This document shows positions 23,501-35,725 of a DNA stretch of 64,000 bases, in pieces. A program made the translations under genes and the position numbers. This stretch comes from Phallusia mammillata (taxonomy: Eukaryota): assembly GCA_965637545.1 (NCBI GenBank), contig OZ281494.1, positions 11,222,001 through 11,286,000 on the forward strand, in the 5' to 3' direction. The notes beneath the pieces were generated by a model. It saw only the letters and a program-made list of their open reading frames with translations. It did no database searches and had not been told where the DNA came from. Each line of letters starts with the position of its first letter. The stretch's first letter is position 1.

Positions 23501-26500
23501 AAAGAAGAACATGTCATCTTGACTGTTTTGGAGCAAGATCTACCAACCAACGCACCTTGCAGAAACCACACGAGGGGAACTTCTGCCTATGGGAACATGT
23601 TTACTCGCAATGACAGTAAAGATTCGAGCAAACCAAAAAAAGTCACTTCGTCTGTACAGTGCAGCATTCTTTCTAATGATAATGTCGAAAAGGCTGATCG
23701 CGAAATTACAAAGCTTAAAGTGAGTGACATTGTTGATTTTTTGAGAATACTATCCTGAATGTAGACTGTTGGAAAACAAATTTGATCCAAACATAACATT
23801 TAAAAAATTTGAGAAAACCACCAGGCATTGTGATATTGAACCCGTTATGTACCTACAATTGTGAAAACATGTCAAATATAATCTTTAAACCTTAACTGCA
23901 TACCTAAACTAAAGTGGCACCGTTTGTTTCGCCCACCATGCTTGCAAATTTCGTTAATAGGCTATAACCTTTAACCACATTTCTCCACATGGAATAAGTT
24001 CATCTTGTTTAAACTGTTTTCCCTCAAAACATTGATTTGATTGATAGAGTGCTTTTAGCTATCCACTTATAAGTTTTGGTTCACTGTTAACCTAACGTAC
24101 TGTATACCTGTTGCAAAATAGAAAAGATCGGACCTTCTTCAACGCGGGCTTACAGAGGCAAGGGAGGAGCGAGATGAGAAGGATAGGAGGATTGCTGTTC
24201 TTGAATCACGTGTGCAGAGGTTGAAGAAGAACATGGAGCAAGGTCGGACGGAGCAGGGATCAGTTCAGGAGGAGCTTCTCCATCTCCGGAAGTTGCTCAA
24301 CCAAGAACGGAGGTAAGAGATAGGATCAGGAATAATTTGTTGCAATGTTTTTTGCAGTAGAAATTGCATTGGCGTAAATATGCAGAAGCAAATAAAAATC
24401 AGCCACTATCATTTGTGCACTTTTTCATGGTTGCCATAGCAACCGTCAGTGTATTATTGCTAAATTTGTTTCGTTAAGAAAATCCAGTCACATTTTTTTG
24501 ATGTATAATGTTATTTAACAATCTTACTACGTTTAATTAAGACCTACAATTCCATCAAGTTTATCAAGTTTCTTCTGGCTATTGTAGTTCTACAATTCTA
24601 TTTTGAAAAACAATATCTTCTGAAACAATTGTATTAGTAATGAAATGATTCGACCAATGCATACGTTTCAGGGACGCGCAACTGCAGATCGCGGAAATGG
24701 AAAACAAACTGAAGTCAATAGAAAGCAAACTTGCTCGCGAAAAAGAGAAGATAGCTGATCTCAACAATAAGGTAGTAGCATTACGTTTTATGTAGAGATT
24801 GTTACAATATATCACACAGTTAACTTGTCCTCCTAATACATTTTGGCGTGTGCGCAATCTGAACCACGATTTTTGCTTTAGATCGAACAGCTTCAAACTG
24901 ATAATGTTTCACTTCGAAAGAAATGCGATGATTTGACCAAAGACAAAAATGATCTTGAGCAGCAGGTATTCTTGGATTTAGATTTTCTTTTCACTAAGCG
25001 GTTGATGTTTAAGTCCTGGGTTTAATGTGCACGACTAATAGAGTTGCTCAAAATGTTTAAAATGGTGAAAATATAACTCTACACATCATTTTGAGTTTGT
25101 TTTTCTTCTAAAATATGATTGTAACTAGTGTTTAAATTTTATACTAACGTCTATGATTTTTGTCAGCTACATGAGGCCACAATGACTTTGCTTCGAGAAA
25201 AGCGCAACAGCCGGAGGCTGCAACTTGAGAATCAGCGCTTGGAGGAAGAGTTGAGCCGAGCAAATGCTTCCCTCAGTGAGGAGAAGGAAAATAAATCGAG
25301 GATGGCCGAGCAGGTAAAATAGTAGTTGCGTGAAAAAAATATGTGTATTCTGTGTCAACCTATAATTTAATAACCGCCAAACACGAGCGAAATGACTATA
25401 GCAAAGACTCACTTTCTTTAGCCTGTCACATTTCGTGTATTTCTCGTAGCCCTCTAATCATAAGACCACAAAGACTTATCACGAATAAAAAAATCTTTTT
25501 GAAAAGCGTTGTCGCGGATTTATGCTTCGAGTACTTCGAATTTTTTGTTCAAGCCTAAGTTTTATTGTGGCTTCTGTATTTGCTACATTCCGTACATGAA
25601 AAGGTGTTTAAAGACTCGTGTACATTGCTACCATAGAGTTTTGAGGCATTTCGCAGTTTTGTTAATAAGAAGCAACAACAATATAAAGGATCACCGCGTA
25701 TAGTGTGCCATATAACATTAACTAGCCTTCTGATTTCAAGCCCAACAATGGTAACGTGTTTTCATTATAGGTCCATGACTTAATCATAAGTTCAGAGGCA
25801 ATCGTAGAGGAAGTCGCCATAAAAAATGGTTCAGAAACTTACGAAGTAGATCCGGAGGAAATGGAACAACTGCAAGACGAAAACTACAGACTAACACAAG
25901 AGGTATCCTTTCCATTTGTTTAAGTTTTGTTGTGGAAACTCTCTTTGTGCCCATAACAAATCTATAAGGTCTTAATTGTACGTGCAATGATGTCTGAAGT
26001 GGACAGTTGCTGAATTGCTAAGCGTCTTCTGGTAGTCAATTTATTACGTTTTTTATGTTACTTAGAATGGCGAACTGCGCGAAAATCTCGAGAAAGAGCA
26101 GGACTTATCAGCTGCGACCTCGGACTGTTTTAGACAACAGGTAAGCTCGCTGCTGTATATACATCCTTTTTTATAGAAGATGCGTCGTTTAGCTGTGTTT
26201 TTAATTTCAAGAGTTTTCTGTCGACTTTTACAAGTAAGTTAACTTTCTTTATTAAAGGTTGAATTCTTGAGCAACGAAGTGAGCATGCAAAAGGAAGCAT
26301 CCAGAGCACAGAAGGAGCAATACGAATCGGAGGTACAGAGATATAAAATAGAAAATTTTCTATGACGACGAATTAATACCACCAAAAAGCAAGATTTTTA
26401 ATTGTAATATACCACATCCCACACATATGTATCAATGTGTCGCCTCATAAAGGAGCAATGCGAATCAGAGGTACAGAGATATCAATACCGCAAACTTGCT

Positions 26501-27802
26501 CTGGCGTGCACATAATACCCACCAAAACAAAGATTTTGAAACTTGGCATTTCACACATGCGTGGCTTAGTGTTTCACAACAAGGAATTCACACTTAAGTG
26601 GGAACTAAAAAAATTACTACTCAATTGAATCTCAAGTGAAGTCAAGCCAGAATCTCGCCCATTGTTCTTTAAACGTTACTTCCAACCCGACCGAAAAGTC
26701 CGGCCTGACTTACAACTCCACTTTGTTCAGACTGTAAACTGTTTTGGTCGTATTTTATTTAAAAAGAATTGTGTTAGTTTGTGAAGCAGGTTGATAAATA
26801 CTAATGATGATAGAACAAACCTTTATACGTGGTGGAAGATTAGCTTCGTGTGTGACTCAAACCAACATTTTACTTTTTGAACAGATTGAACGGCTATTGA
26901 AATCGAAGGATGTTAAAATTCGCTCCACTTCAACCGACGAAATGGAATACACAACTTTAACAAGTCAAATCGAGTATGAGCAAACCATTACCAGGACCTT
27001 GTACATAGAAAACGAGCGGTTGAGAAAAGAGGTAAAGTACATTACCTGAACTACTTAATAAAGATGTAGATCACAGTAAACCTCTGCTTGCGGTGTCATT
27101 ACATTACCTACGTTTTTGGTTTATATTTTTCCCACTTTCCTCCCATTATATTGGAATTAAAAGATTTTTGGAAAGACTATTGCGTCTGCTCAAGTCGTTT
27201 AGTTTCACGGGTAAGGCTATAGTAAAAACATGATGTATTTCACAGCGCGATGAGCTTCTGGACAAACTTGTTCACATACAAACCGACGGAAAGGAAGAAC
27301 CTGAAACTGCCGAATTCGGTTGCCAATACGACGACACTGTAAGTATTTATCACAAAGTTTCAGTTTTCTTATACATTGGGTCAAGAGTCCTGGACGATTC
27401 AGCCAAGTTTCTGCCCATTTCGAATACACATTTCTTTATCGGGGCTCGAACCCTGGACTGTTAAGGGGAGGAATCCCGATCAAGGTTTTCTATGTCCGTA
27501 TTTGGGTAAGGCGCGCCGGATCATTCGGCCAAGTTCCTACCTTTTGAACACACTTTGTTAATGGTTTAAGATGTTGAGTGCTTGCGCCATCTAGCGATTT
27601 GTTGGTTATCAATTTTTTTCTTTTTTCCCCAAAATTTTAGTCATACACCAGAATGAGGGCGTTTGACTTTTACGCGCAAGAGGCGCACCGCGATGCGAAG
27701 AAACTTGTGGATCGAGGTCGACAACTGCAGGAAGAGGGACTGAAGCATTCCATGCGCACACAGAGACTGCAGGTGGAATTACGGCGCAAGCATGTTATGT
27801 GA
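17580..27802 (+). CDS. Uncharacterised ~1210-aa protein: Ser/Arg-rich disordered N-terminus, short helical region, long charged disordered exon, C-terminal coiled coil
   Basis: 17 phase-consistent GT-AG exons: 17580-18192, 18491-18594, 20331-20459, 21125-21166, 21237-21375, 22258-22337, 22400-23719, 24122-24312, 24672-24771, 24882-24965, 25167-25313, 25771-25902, 26066-26140, 26258-26332, 26885-27031, 27246-27338, 27641-27802. Heptad-like E/K/Q/L-rich sequence from 24122 onward. Family not recognised. Confidence 0.8.
21540..21975 (-). mobile_element. Truncated copy of the HINE-like repeat family also at 45.7 and 60.4 kb
   Basis: Reverse complement matches 45670-45780 and 45925-46000 (e.g. 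GGGTCCCCACACATG, TCAATCAATAGTACTGCAAAATTTCAGCCCAAT). Ends approximate. Confidence 0.75.
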
Positions 27803-28817
27803 ATGTAACGCGTGAATCTTTCACAGGTAAGTTTATCAATGGAGTGCTCATGAAAAAATACTATTGTGTGGTACAAAACTTATTTTTATTTAGGTTTAAA
27901 CGAAGCTTGGTTTGGTCACATAACAATTTGGAAATGACTTTGCTGCGCAGCTATATTAATGCCGGATTTCTTGGTTTGGATTCGCAACATTCTGAATTGG
28001 ACGTCTTCCACGGCAACTGATTACGACTATTTTTTGCTGGCTAAACCAGATCATTCCTTAAAACTTTACATGGAAATCAATCTGCCAGTTTGACTTGGTG
28101 TCAATTAGAACGATATATTTCTTATGTTTCCATAATGGACCATCGCAGTTGGATCTCGCATCTGTATTTTACCTTGCGCTTGCCCATGGCGAAAATTTAC
28201 GCTTGTTTTCGCTTAAATGTGTGCCCTGTTTTGACGCCAAAGAGATTGTACTTAGTTTAAGGTGTTAAATATTTTGTCGAGCTTTTTTGTCGATGTTGGC
28301 TATTAAATCACTTCTTGTTCATTCTGTATCAACGTTATACCACGTGTGGGAAAAATGACGTTGACTGAGTTATTCTATTGTTCAATCCGCTTTTGTTCTG
28401 CCTGAAGTATATAAGTGTAGCTAACCGAGTTTGTTTACTGCTGATCTATAATTCAGTTTATTGCAAGTCAATCAACCCACAAGGTTTCAGTAATTTGGCT
28501 TTTGCTTTTGTTATCCATTTATCAAGGATTTTTTGGTCCGGCGATTGACTGAGCTGTTTCGATTTCATATCTACTTCTAGTAAACGTCCAGTGTTTATCC
28601 GAGCGACTGCAGCTTTCTTATTTGCTATTGTTATGTGTCAGTTCCTTTTTTGTCTCTAAAAAGTTGGTAAAAATGTTTTGTTTGTGTAAATACCAAATGC
28701 TTGCAAACATGTTCCATTGCCGAACTTTGTGTGATCGATGTACCGTTATCTCAGCTGGAATTAACCCACTTCTATATTTTTGCCGTATAACTCAAAATGG
28801 TGCCAATATCCCAAAGA

Positions 28818-28997
28818 TAGTGGTGGGATTTAATTTTTTTGTCAGTCGGTTCTATACCAAAATTCATATTTTTCAGCCGGTTCTTTTACAAAAAGTCCAT
28901 TGACAATAACCATTAATGCTAACCGGTTCGCTGATCTCATAAAATTTCACGAGACGGTTCTATAGAACCGGTGCGAACCGGCTGAATCCCACCACTG
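28818..28997. mobile_element. hAT-type MITE
   Basis: TIR (T/C)AGTGGTGGGATT / AATCCCACCACTG, 8-bp TSD CCCAAAGA / GCCAAAGA, GAACCGG subterminal motifs. Confidence 0.8.
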
Positions 28998-29309
28998 GCC
29001 AAAGATACTATACCGGAGTACACCACATGTAGTAAAACCACTGAAACTTTACAACTTTGTAAAATATTTTTATTTGGATCGGCTTTTTAGTCAATTGTAC
29101 GAGCCATTTAATTGGAAGTTTACATTTCAACCGATTGACGAACGAGATAAAGAAACACTGTTTTTGCTTAATTCGGTATAGCGGCTCTTAGCCTACAGTG
29201 CTTTTACATTACGATACCTATACCTTCACTACAAACAATTTCAAAAATTACAAAATACAGAGTGAGGTTGAAATGTACACGTTTATGAATCTCAGTTTAA
29301 TCTTCAAAA

Positions 29310-32300
29310 TTATTTCTTTTTCACAAAACTTAAACCGACCAAAATGCAAATGGCGAACACCAGCTCAAGTGCAAACAGTGCGTAAAGTGCAGATTCCGAG
29401 TCGCCCTTTTTCAAAGTGTAACCGAGGAATGTCACTGGTTCTGACGTAACTATGACGTCAGTAGTGTCGCGATTGGTACAATGTGCTTTGTTAGAACCAA
29501 CGCATGATGCGTATCTGCGAAAACAGTACATTAAAATCAAAAACAGTACAAAATGAAAGCGTCAGTAAATTCAAATTTATTCGTTCTGGTTGAGTCTTTA
29601 GTTTTCGCTGCAAACGTATAAAAGCAGGTCAGCGAGAAAGCTTCATAGACTTAAAATTTGACACGAGTATGTATCATTTGTAAAATGTAGCTTTACTGAT
29701 TAACTGAATGGGCAACGTAAAATTACCTCATGACATGGGCTATGTAGCTTTGCTGATGAACTGAATGGAAAAGATGAGCCATAGGACCGCGAGCAAATAT
29801 TGCAACGTCCTCTCCACCGTGAGTTTCCGAATCTTTAGGCACAGCACTTTGCTGCTCATAGTTAATTTTGCCTACAAATGCAAATTAAAAAAGTTGAACA
29901 CTTGTACCATATAAAGGTTGTTTTGCAAAAAAACGTTAGTCTAGTCTTGAAATATTTTCTTTAGATAAAGATTTGGGCTATTTTACACTTGCTGCTATTT
30001 TTACGTAAATTATTTTACGGCATTATTGCATGGCGGTAACGCGAAGGTATTAGATCAATTCATACAAAGTCACAAGAATGGTCACCTGTCATTTCTTCCG
30101 TTACATTTTCTCGTTCCATGCTCGCAGTGTAGTCTCCGATATTGGACTGTTGAAAGCCTTCACCGTTGCCGTAAAGCACTGTTGTGTAAGCTCGGAAGTC
30201 CGCGGCCAGTTCTGGAGCAAGGCCTAGGTAACGAAAAGTACAGCGTAAATACTGATATTTAGGCAGTTTTAAAGTGCGGTTAGAGCCACAAGATTGTTAG
30301 TATGGTTTGTTATTATTGGCAAAATGGCAGTGAAAGTATGATACCAAAACAAGCTGTATGGTGAATCTTAAATCAACTACAATTGCTCATAAAGGACAGT
30401 CAGGTATTTGAACTGGGCTACATAAGCATAGTAGTATACCTTGTACGTCGTTGTTTACTGCAAATTACACACACCAGGTTCTGGCAAACAGGAAGATGCT
30501 CACTTTACAGTCATTAGGGACTGTTCCAGAAGGCTTATGAATATAACTTTTACAAAAGCATACCGAATATGGGGGTCCCTCTGTCGGCGTAACCTCCGAG
30601 AGTCGCCGTGTGACTGTGATCTGCTGTGACAATAATCAGAGTATCTTCATCTGAAGTCATATCTACAGCTTGCTTGATCGCTTTGTCGAACGACAAGACA
30701 TCGTGGATTGCTTTGAATGCGTTCGAGCCGTGATGAGCGTGGTCTTAACAAAAAACAGTAGTAACTGGTGGATTATTTAAAGATGGACATTAACAGCATT
30801 ACAATATGTGCTAGCTCTTTTACTTTGATGATTCCAAAAAAGACAAAGACAAATGTGAAGCGACTTAGTAAGATGCAGTTTTTAAACCACATTTGTATTC
30901 ATCTGTACTTATGCACATAGTGAAAACAACTTACCAATTCTTCCACCTTCGACCAGGAGGAAATATCCGTTCTCGTTCTTTCGTAGGATTTGTATTGCTT
31001 TGTCAACCATTTCTGCTAGACTTGGTTCATCTGCTGGATCCCTATCCACGTCGTAACTCATGTCGCTAGGTTGGAACATACCTGGAAAAAGTAAAAAACG
31101 ATAAAGTTCAGCTGCTATGGGCCTAACTGAGGTTTTTTACGAAACATCATCTCTTTTGTGTACCAGTTATATTGTGAAAGGTGGGAGTAACCAAGGGCAA
31201 ACAAAAGTTTTAAAAAAAACAAGAGAGATTTTTGTAGGGGTTCTAGTATACATTCAAAAGTTGATTTATAAACATGACAAAATAACAAAACGCTGGATAA
31301 CATAATTGCGGAATAAAGCTTTAATCAACCCGATAAACAACAAACCGGTCGTAACCGGTTTGAAACTAGAATATTTCGGCAAAAAGGAAACGGATTTCCT
31401 TGGATTTTTTTACCCCCACAAATCGACAAAAACGGAGAGGATATAGCTTTAATGTTTTTTCAAAAATCGGGTCAAAATTTTTGATTTTGAAAACCGGTTT
31501 GGAGGTTCGGTAGGAGGCAGAAACCGACTAAAACCAGTTTGAAACTGGAATATTGCGGCAACAACCCCCCCGAAAACCGGATTTGTCTTCGATTTTTGAC
31601 CCCCGATAGTCGAAAAAATGGAAACGCTATAGGCTAAAATCGGGTCAAAACTTTTGATTTTGAAAACCGGTTTGAACCGGTTTGCAGGTTCGGTAGGATG
31701 CAGAAACCGGTCGTAACCGGTTTGAAACTGGAACATTCCCGCGAAAACCCACAGAAAACCGGATTTTTCTTCGATGTTTTGGCTACCGATAATCATAAAA
31801 AAGGAAAGGTTATAGCCCTAGGTTTTTTCGAAATACGGGTTAAAATTTTTGGTTTTCAAAACCGGTTTGAACCGGTTTGGAGGTTCGGTAGGAGGCAGAA
31901 ACCGGCCAAAACCAGTTTGAAATTGGAATAATCCGGCAAAAAAACCCATCGAAAACCGGATTTGTCTTCGATTTTTTGACCCCCGATAGTCGAAAAAATG
32001 GAAAGGCTACAGCCTTAGGTCATTTTCGAAAATCGGGTCAAAATTTTTGATTTTCAAAACCGGTTTTAACCGGTTTGGAGGTTCGGTAGGAGGCAGAAAC
32101 CGGTCGTAAGCGGTTTGAAACTGGAATATTCCGGCGAAAACCCACCGAAAACCGGATTTTTCTTCGATTTTTTGACCCCCAAAAATCGAAAAAAGGAAAG
32201 GCCTTAGGGTTTTTTCGAAAATGGGGTCAAAATTTTTGATTTTGAAAATCGGTTCGAACCGGTTGGCAGGTTCGGTAGGAGGCTGAAACCGGTCGTAACC

Positions 32301-35300
32301 GGTTTGAAACTGGAACATTCCCGCGAAAACCCACAGAAAACCGGATTTTTCTTCGATTTTTTGGCTACCGATAATAATCATAAAAACGGAAAGGCTATGC
32401 CTTGGTTTTTTTTCGAAAATCGGGTCAAAATTTCGATTTTTAAAACCCGTTTCTACCGGTTTCGAGGTTCGGTAACATATTTTCTATTTTCTATAACTTT
32501 TGTGTTAAATTTGTTGGATTAACGGGCAAGCACTGCATATTCATCAATGTGGAATAATCCGGCTTACTAATGTTTCACTGCAATTGTGTTTCTATGTGTC
32601 ATTTCACTAAGCAACATATACATACTCAACTAACCCCACAAATGGTCGACTTCATCAACATTGACTTGGTCAAACTCTTGCTTTCTCCAAACGTACGAAG
32701 CTTTCCGTCCCATGTCCTCCATGTTGTTTTGCCATTTCGTGATCAAATCCTGGCCGTCCTCTCTGTTGTAACTGGTTGAGGTTTCGTCAACTGTCCCCTT
32801 TGGTTTAAAGTATCTTCTTCCACCTCCCAATGCAACCTGTAGAAATATATGATTAGTTTTTTAATCTACAACCGATGTATTTTACATCCATATCACGGCA
32901 CAGTTGAGTGTTTTGTATTTTCCTGAAAAAAAATATAATGCGAGCAAAGATTAGTAAATTAAAAATACAATATGCCAAGGAATAGTAAAATAAAAAATAT
33001 GATATGACCGTAAGATTAGTTAAATAAAAACATAATTTGACCAAAGATTAGTAAATTGAAAGGATAATATGCCAACGAATAGTAATATAAAAAAAATGAT
33101 ATGACCAAAGACGGAGTTGGGTTTGTAATCCCAGGGATATGTTTTTATTTTTTTCAGAAACTTGACAAGACTATTGCAAATTTTGCATATTTATCTGACA
33201 AATATTCTGGTAGTTTCGGAAGTCCTAGTTTTTAACCTTGGCATTCAAAAAGTTTGAGTTTGAGCTGGCCAAACGAATAATTAATCTGCCATTACCTCGA
33301 TTTCCGGCAAATGTTCGTACAGCTGGTAGGCGATATCTTTGCATCCGTTAATTTTGGCTTCCTCAGGAAGATCTCCATCGTCATACCAATATCTGTATGC
33401 GGAGTGAGCATAAGCTGACGATGGTGTGGCGTGATTGAGACGAGTCGTTGTAACTACACCAGCAGATTTGCCTGTGAAACAAAACAATGCGGTTGTCAAG
33501 TTAACGAGTGATGAATTTGGAATCGACTGTTCATAGAGAAAGGTTTCCAAAGTAGTCTACGTCTAAAAAATAAAAACGTCATTGTCTGTGGACAGACAGG
33601 TGCTTTATATGAAAATATTTATATAATGTATTGATTTATGATATAAGCTGGGGAGAACTTGATGTGCATTGTGGTTTTAAACTATAAACAATAGAATATC
33701 GATCTGAAATGCATGTAACGTTATATACCAGGGGTGGCCAGACCTGCTTCATGCTCGAGCCGCAATCACAAAACTTATTTTTGAAAGAGCCGCAACACAA
33801 AAAATCAAAAACGAACTTATTCACTCACAATGAAGTGTACGCTCTATAAAATAATGATTATAGTTGTGTGGTGATACTGTGAGTCTATAAATATTTTTGA
33901 CTACAATGCACAAGCCAACACGCTTTTGTACAATAATATTTTTTTCGTTTTTCGGGACCTACCTTGGTTATTACAAACAGTCAGTCTATTGTTAATACGT
34001 GATAGAATGCATTGTTTTATAATCAGATGAAACAACTGGGCAATATGGGGAATATTTGTGCAACATTAAAGAGCCGCAATCATAGGCCCAAAGAGCCGCA
34101 TGCGGCTCGAGAGCCGCAGTTTGGCCACCACTGTTATATACCTTTACTTTTCCAAATTCTTATATTTTCTATCAACTAAGTTATATCAGTTTTATGTGCT
34201 TTAACAATTTTTACAACTTAATTAGACCACTTTGGGAGCGACAACGTTGATCACCTGTCAAGTTGATGAGTGATAACTTTAGAATCAATTGTTCATAGAG
34301 AAAGGTTGTTTAATTTATCGGTATAAGTTTATGTTTATCAGACCTTCGTCGTGAGAATCTTTAAGCACTGAGTTTACTTCGTTTCCCTTTCCTGTGCTGC
34401 AAACTCCCGGCTCAACGCCAGCATTTATTCCAACCACAGCAAGGTCGGTTTTTACACCAGTAAGAAAAGCTGTGGCCGTCCCGGCTGAGTCTGCCACCTG
34501 GTGGTCAACGTTGTACGTCTAAACGACAAAAACGTCATTGTCGGTGAACAGACAGGCGCTTCATTAGAAAATATTTATATAATGTATTATTTATGATACT
34601 GGACTGGAGAGGGTTTGGGAAACCGACACACAAATAGAACTTGTGCTAATCTTAGGTCTATGTAGTGTTGCATAATTTTGATGCAAACTTTACCTAAACC
34701 CATTACGCAGAAGTACATCATAGTACAGATGCGTTTTGCGTTACCCATCGAGTGCTTTTAACATGTACTGGAAAAATATACAAGATACCTTAGAAAGGCC
34801 AGAATGTAGAAAGGTGTCCATTGCGAGTGTTGCTTCTTCACCGTCTAAGCCATTTTCCTGCCCGTGTAATATTCGACCCATGGTGATGCTTGGGACTCCC
34901 ATGCCATCGCCCAGGAAAAGAATCACGTTCTTTGCGACGTTGGTGTTTCTCTTTTCAAGGCCGAGAGCTATTTCTAACTCCTGTTGCGCTTTGTTGGTCC
35001 AGAAACTTGGGTTCTCCTCTTCCGCTGCACCAAATAAAGCGTGAGTTGTTTGCTTGTGGGAACATATGTCATTTAAATGGTTAAAATTTAATTTGAAAGC
35101 AGTTCTTGCATCATACGCTATAAACCACTTGGTCAATACATCACACCTTAACTTTGTAAGTATAGGTCTTTTAAGATTTACATAAAACTCGCCAACGTAG
35201 CAAACGATTGAAACTCATATGGCGTCCGTCGAATTCGTTTGCATAAGTTTATTGACTGCTTTAAGCGGTTTGTTTATTTTTTGCGGCGTGGCAACGTAAC

Positions 35301-35725
35301 TTGAACCTTTTGGATATAAGGCTAATCTGTTAATATAACGGTTGTAAGAATTTGTATTTCGGTGCACAGCAAAATAAGGTATTGTTCACTTTATAACGTT
35401 ATCATATTCTCTCAGTCTTTCTTTATTACCTGCCCAAAGTGGTAAAACCAAACAAAAATGTCGATGACGACTTACGATTTGACGATTTATACGAATATCC
35501 TGTTTTGCTTTCTATCGGAGGATGTCGAATGTCTTCATTGTCAAGAGAATCTAGGAACTTTTGCATTTCCTCATTTTCAACTGGGTCTGATGCTTGGACA
35601 TTTGGTCGAACCTTATAAACACGGCCCTTGGCTATTTGCGGATGATATTTATCCGTTTCTTGATCTTTAACGGCCCTTGATGCGCATATCAAGACAAGAA
35701 AAATTACCAAAAATTTAATATACAT
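29310..35725 (-). CDS. Alkaline phosphatase (metazoan ALPL-like family), 617 aa
   Basis: 10 exons: 35725-35476, 35024-34789, 34518-34344, 33471-33296, 32836-32635, 31081-30935, 30743-30564, 30223-30086, 29871-29727, 29514-29310. Signal peptide; [11 protein letters not shown]; ADSAGTAT (catalytic Ser); [11 protein letters not shown]; VEGGRIDHAHH; TADHSH; ETHGGEDV. All metal ligands are present. Confidence 0.96.
31342..32472. repeat. Intronic tandem array, about 6 diverged copies of a 179-198 bp unit rich in ACCGGT
   Basis: Anchor GTTTGAAA(C/T)T at 31358, 31537, 31720, 31915, 32113, 32302. Lies in ALP intron 5. Confidence 0.9.
32944..33107. repeat. Short AT-rich tandem duplication in an ALP intron
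   Basis: CAAAGATTAGTAAATT...ATATGCCAA.GAATAGTAA...ATGATATGACC occurs twice about 97 bp apart. Confidence 0.65.
33515..33722 (-). pseudogene. Collapsed relic of the ALP gene's own 5' end inside ALP intron 3
   Basis: 33665-33722 matches 35721-35778 (5'UTR plus start; MHIKF vs MYIKF). 33556-33650 matches 34514-34606 (exon-3 acceptor). 33520-33545 matches 34282-34306. Confidence 0.75.
33729..34133. mobile_element. hAT (Charlie-like) MITE
   Basis: TIR CAGGGGTGGCCA / TGGCCACCACTG, perfect TSD TTATATAC, GAGCCGC subterminal motifs. Confidence 0.9.

Noticed and set aside
31449-32522. Repetitive 70-125 aa ORFs
   Set aside because: By-products of the tandem satellite; no splice context or known motif. 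The array is eukaryotic satellite DNA without unique spacers, so not CRISPR.
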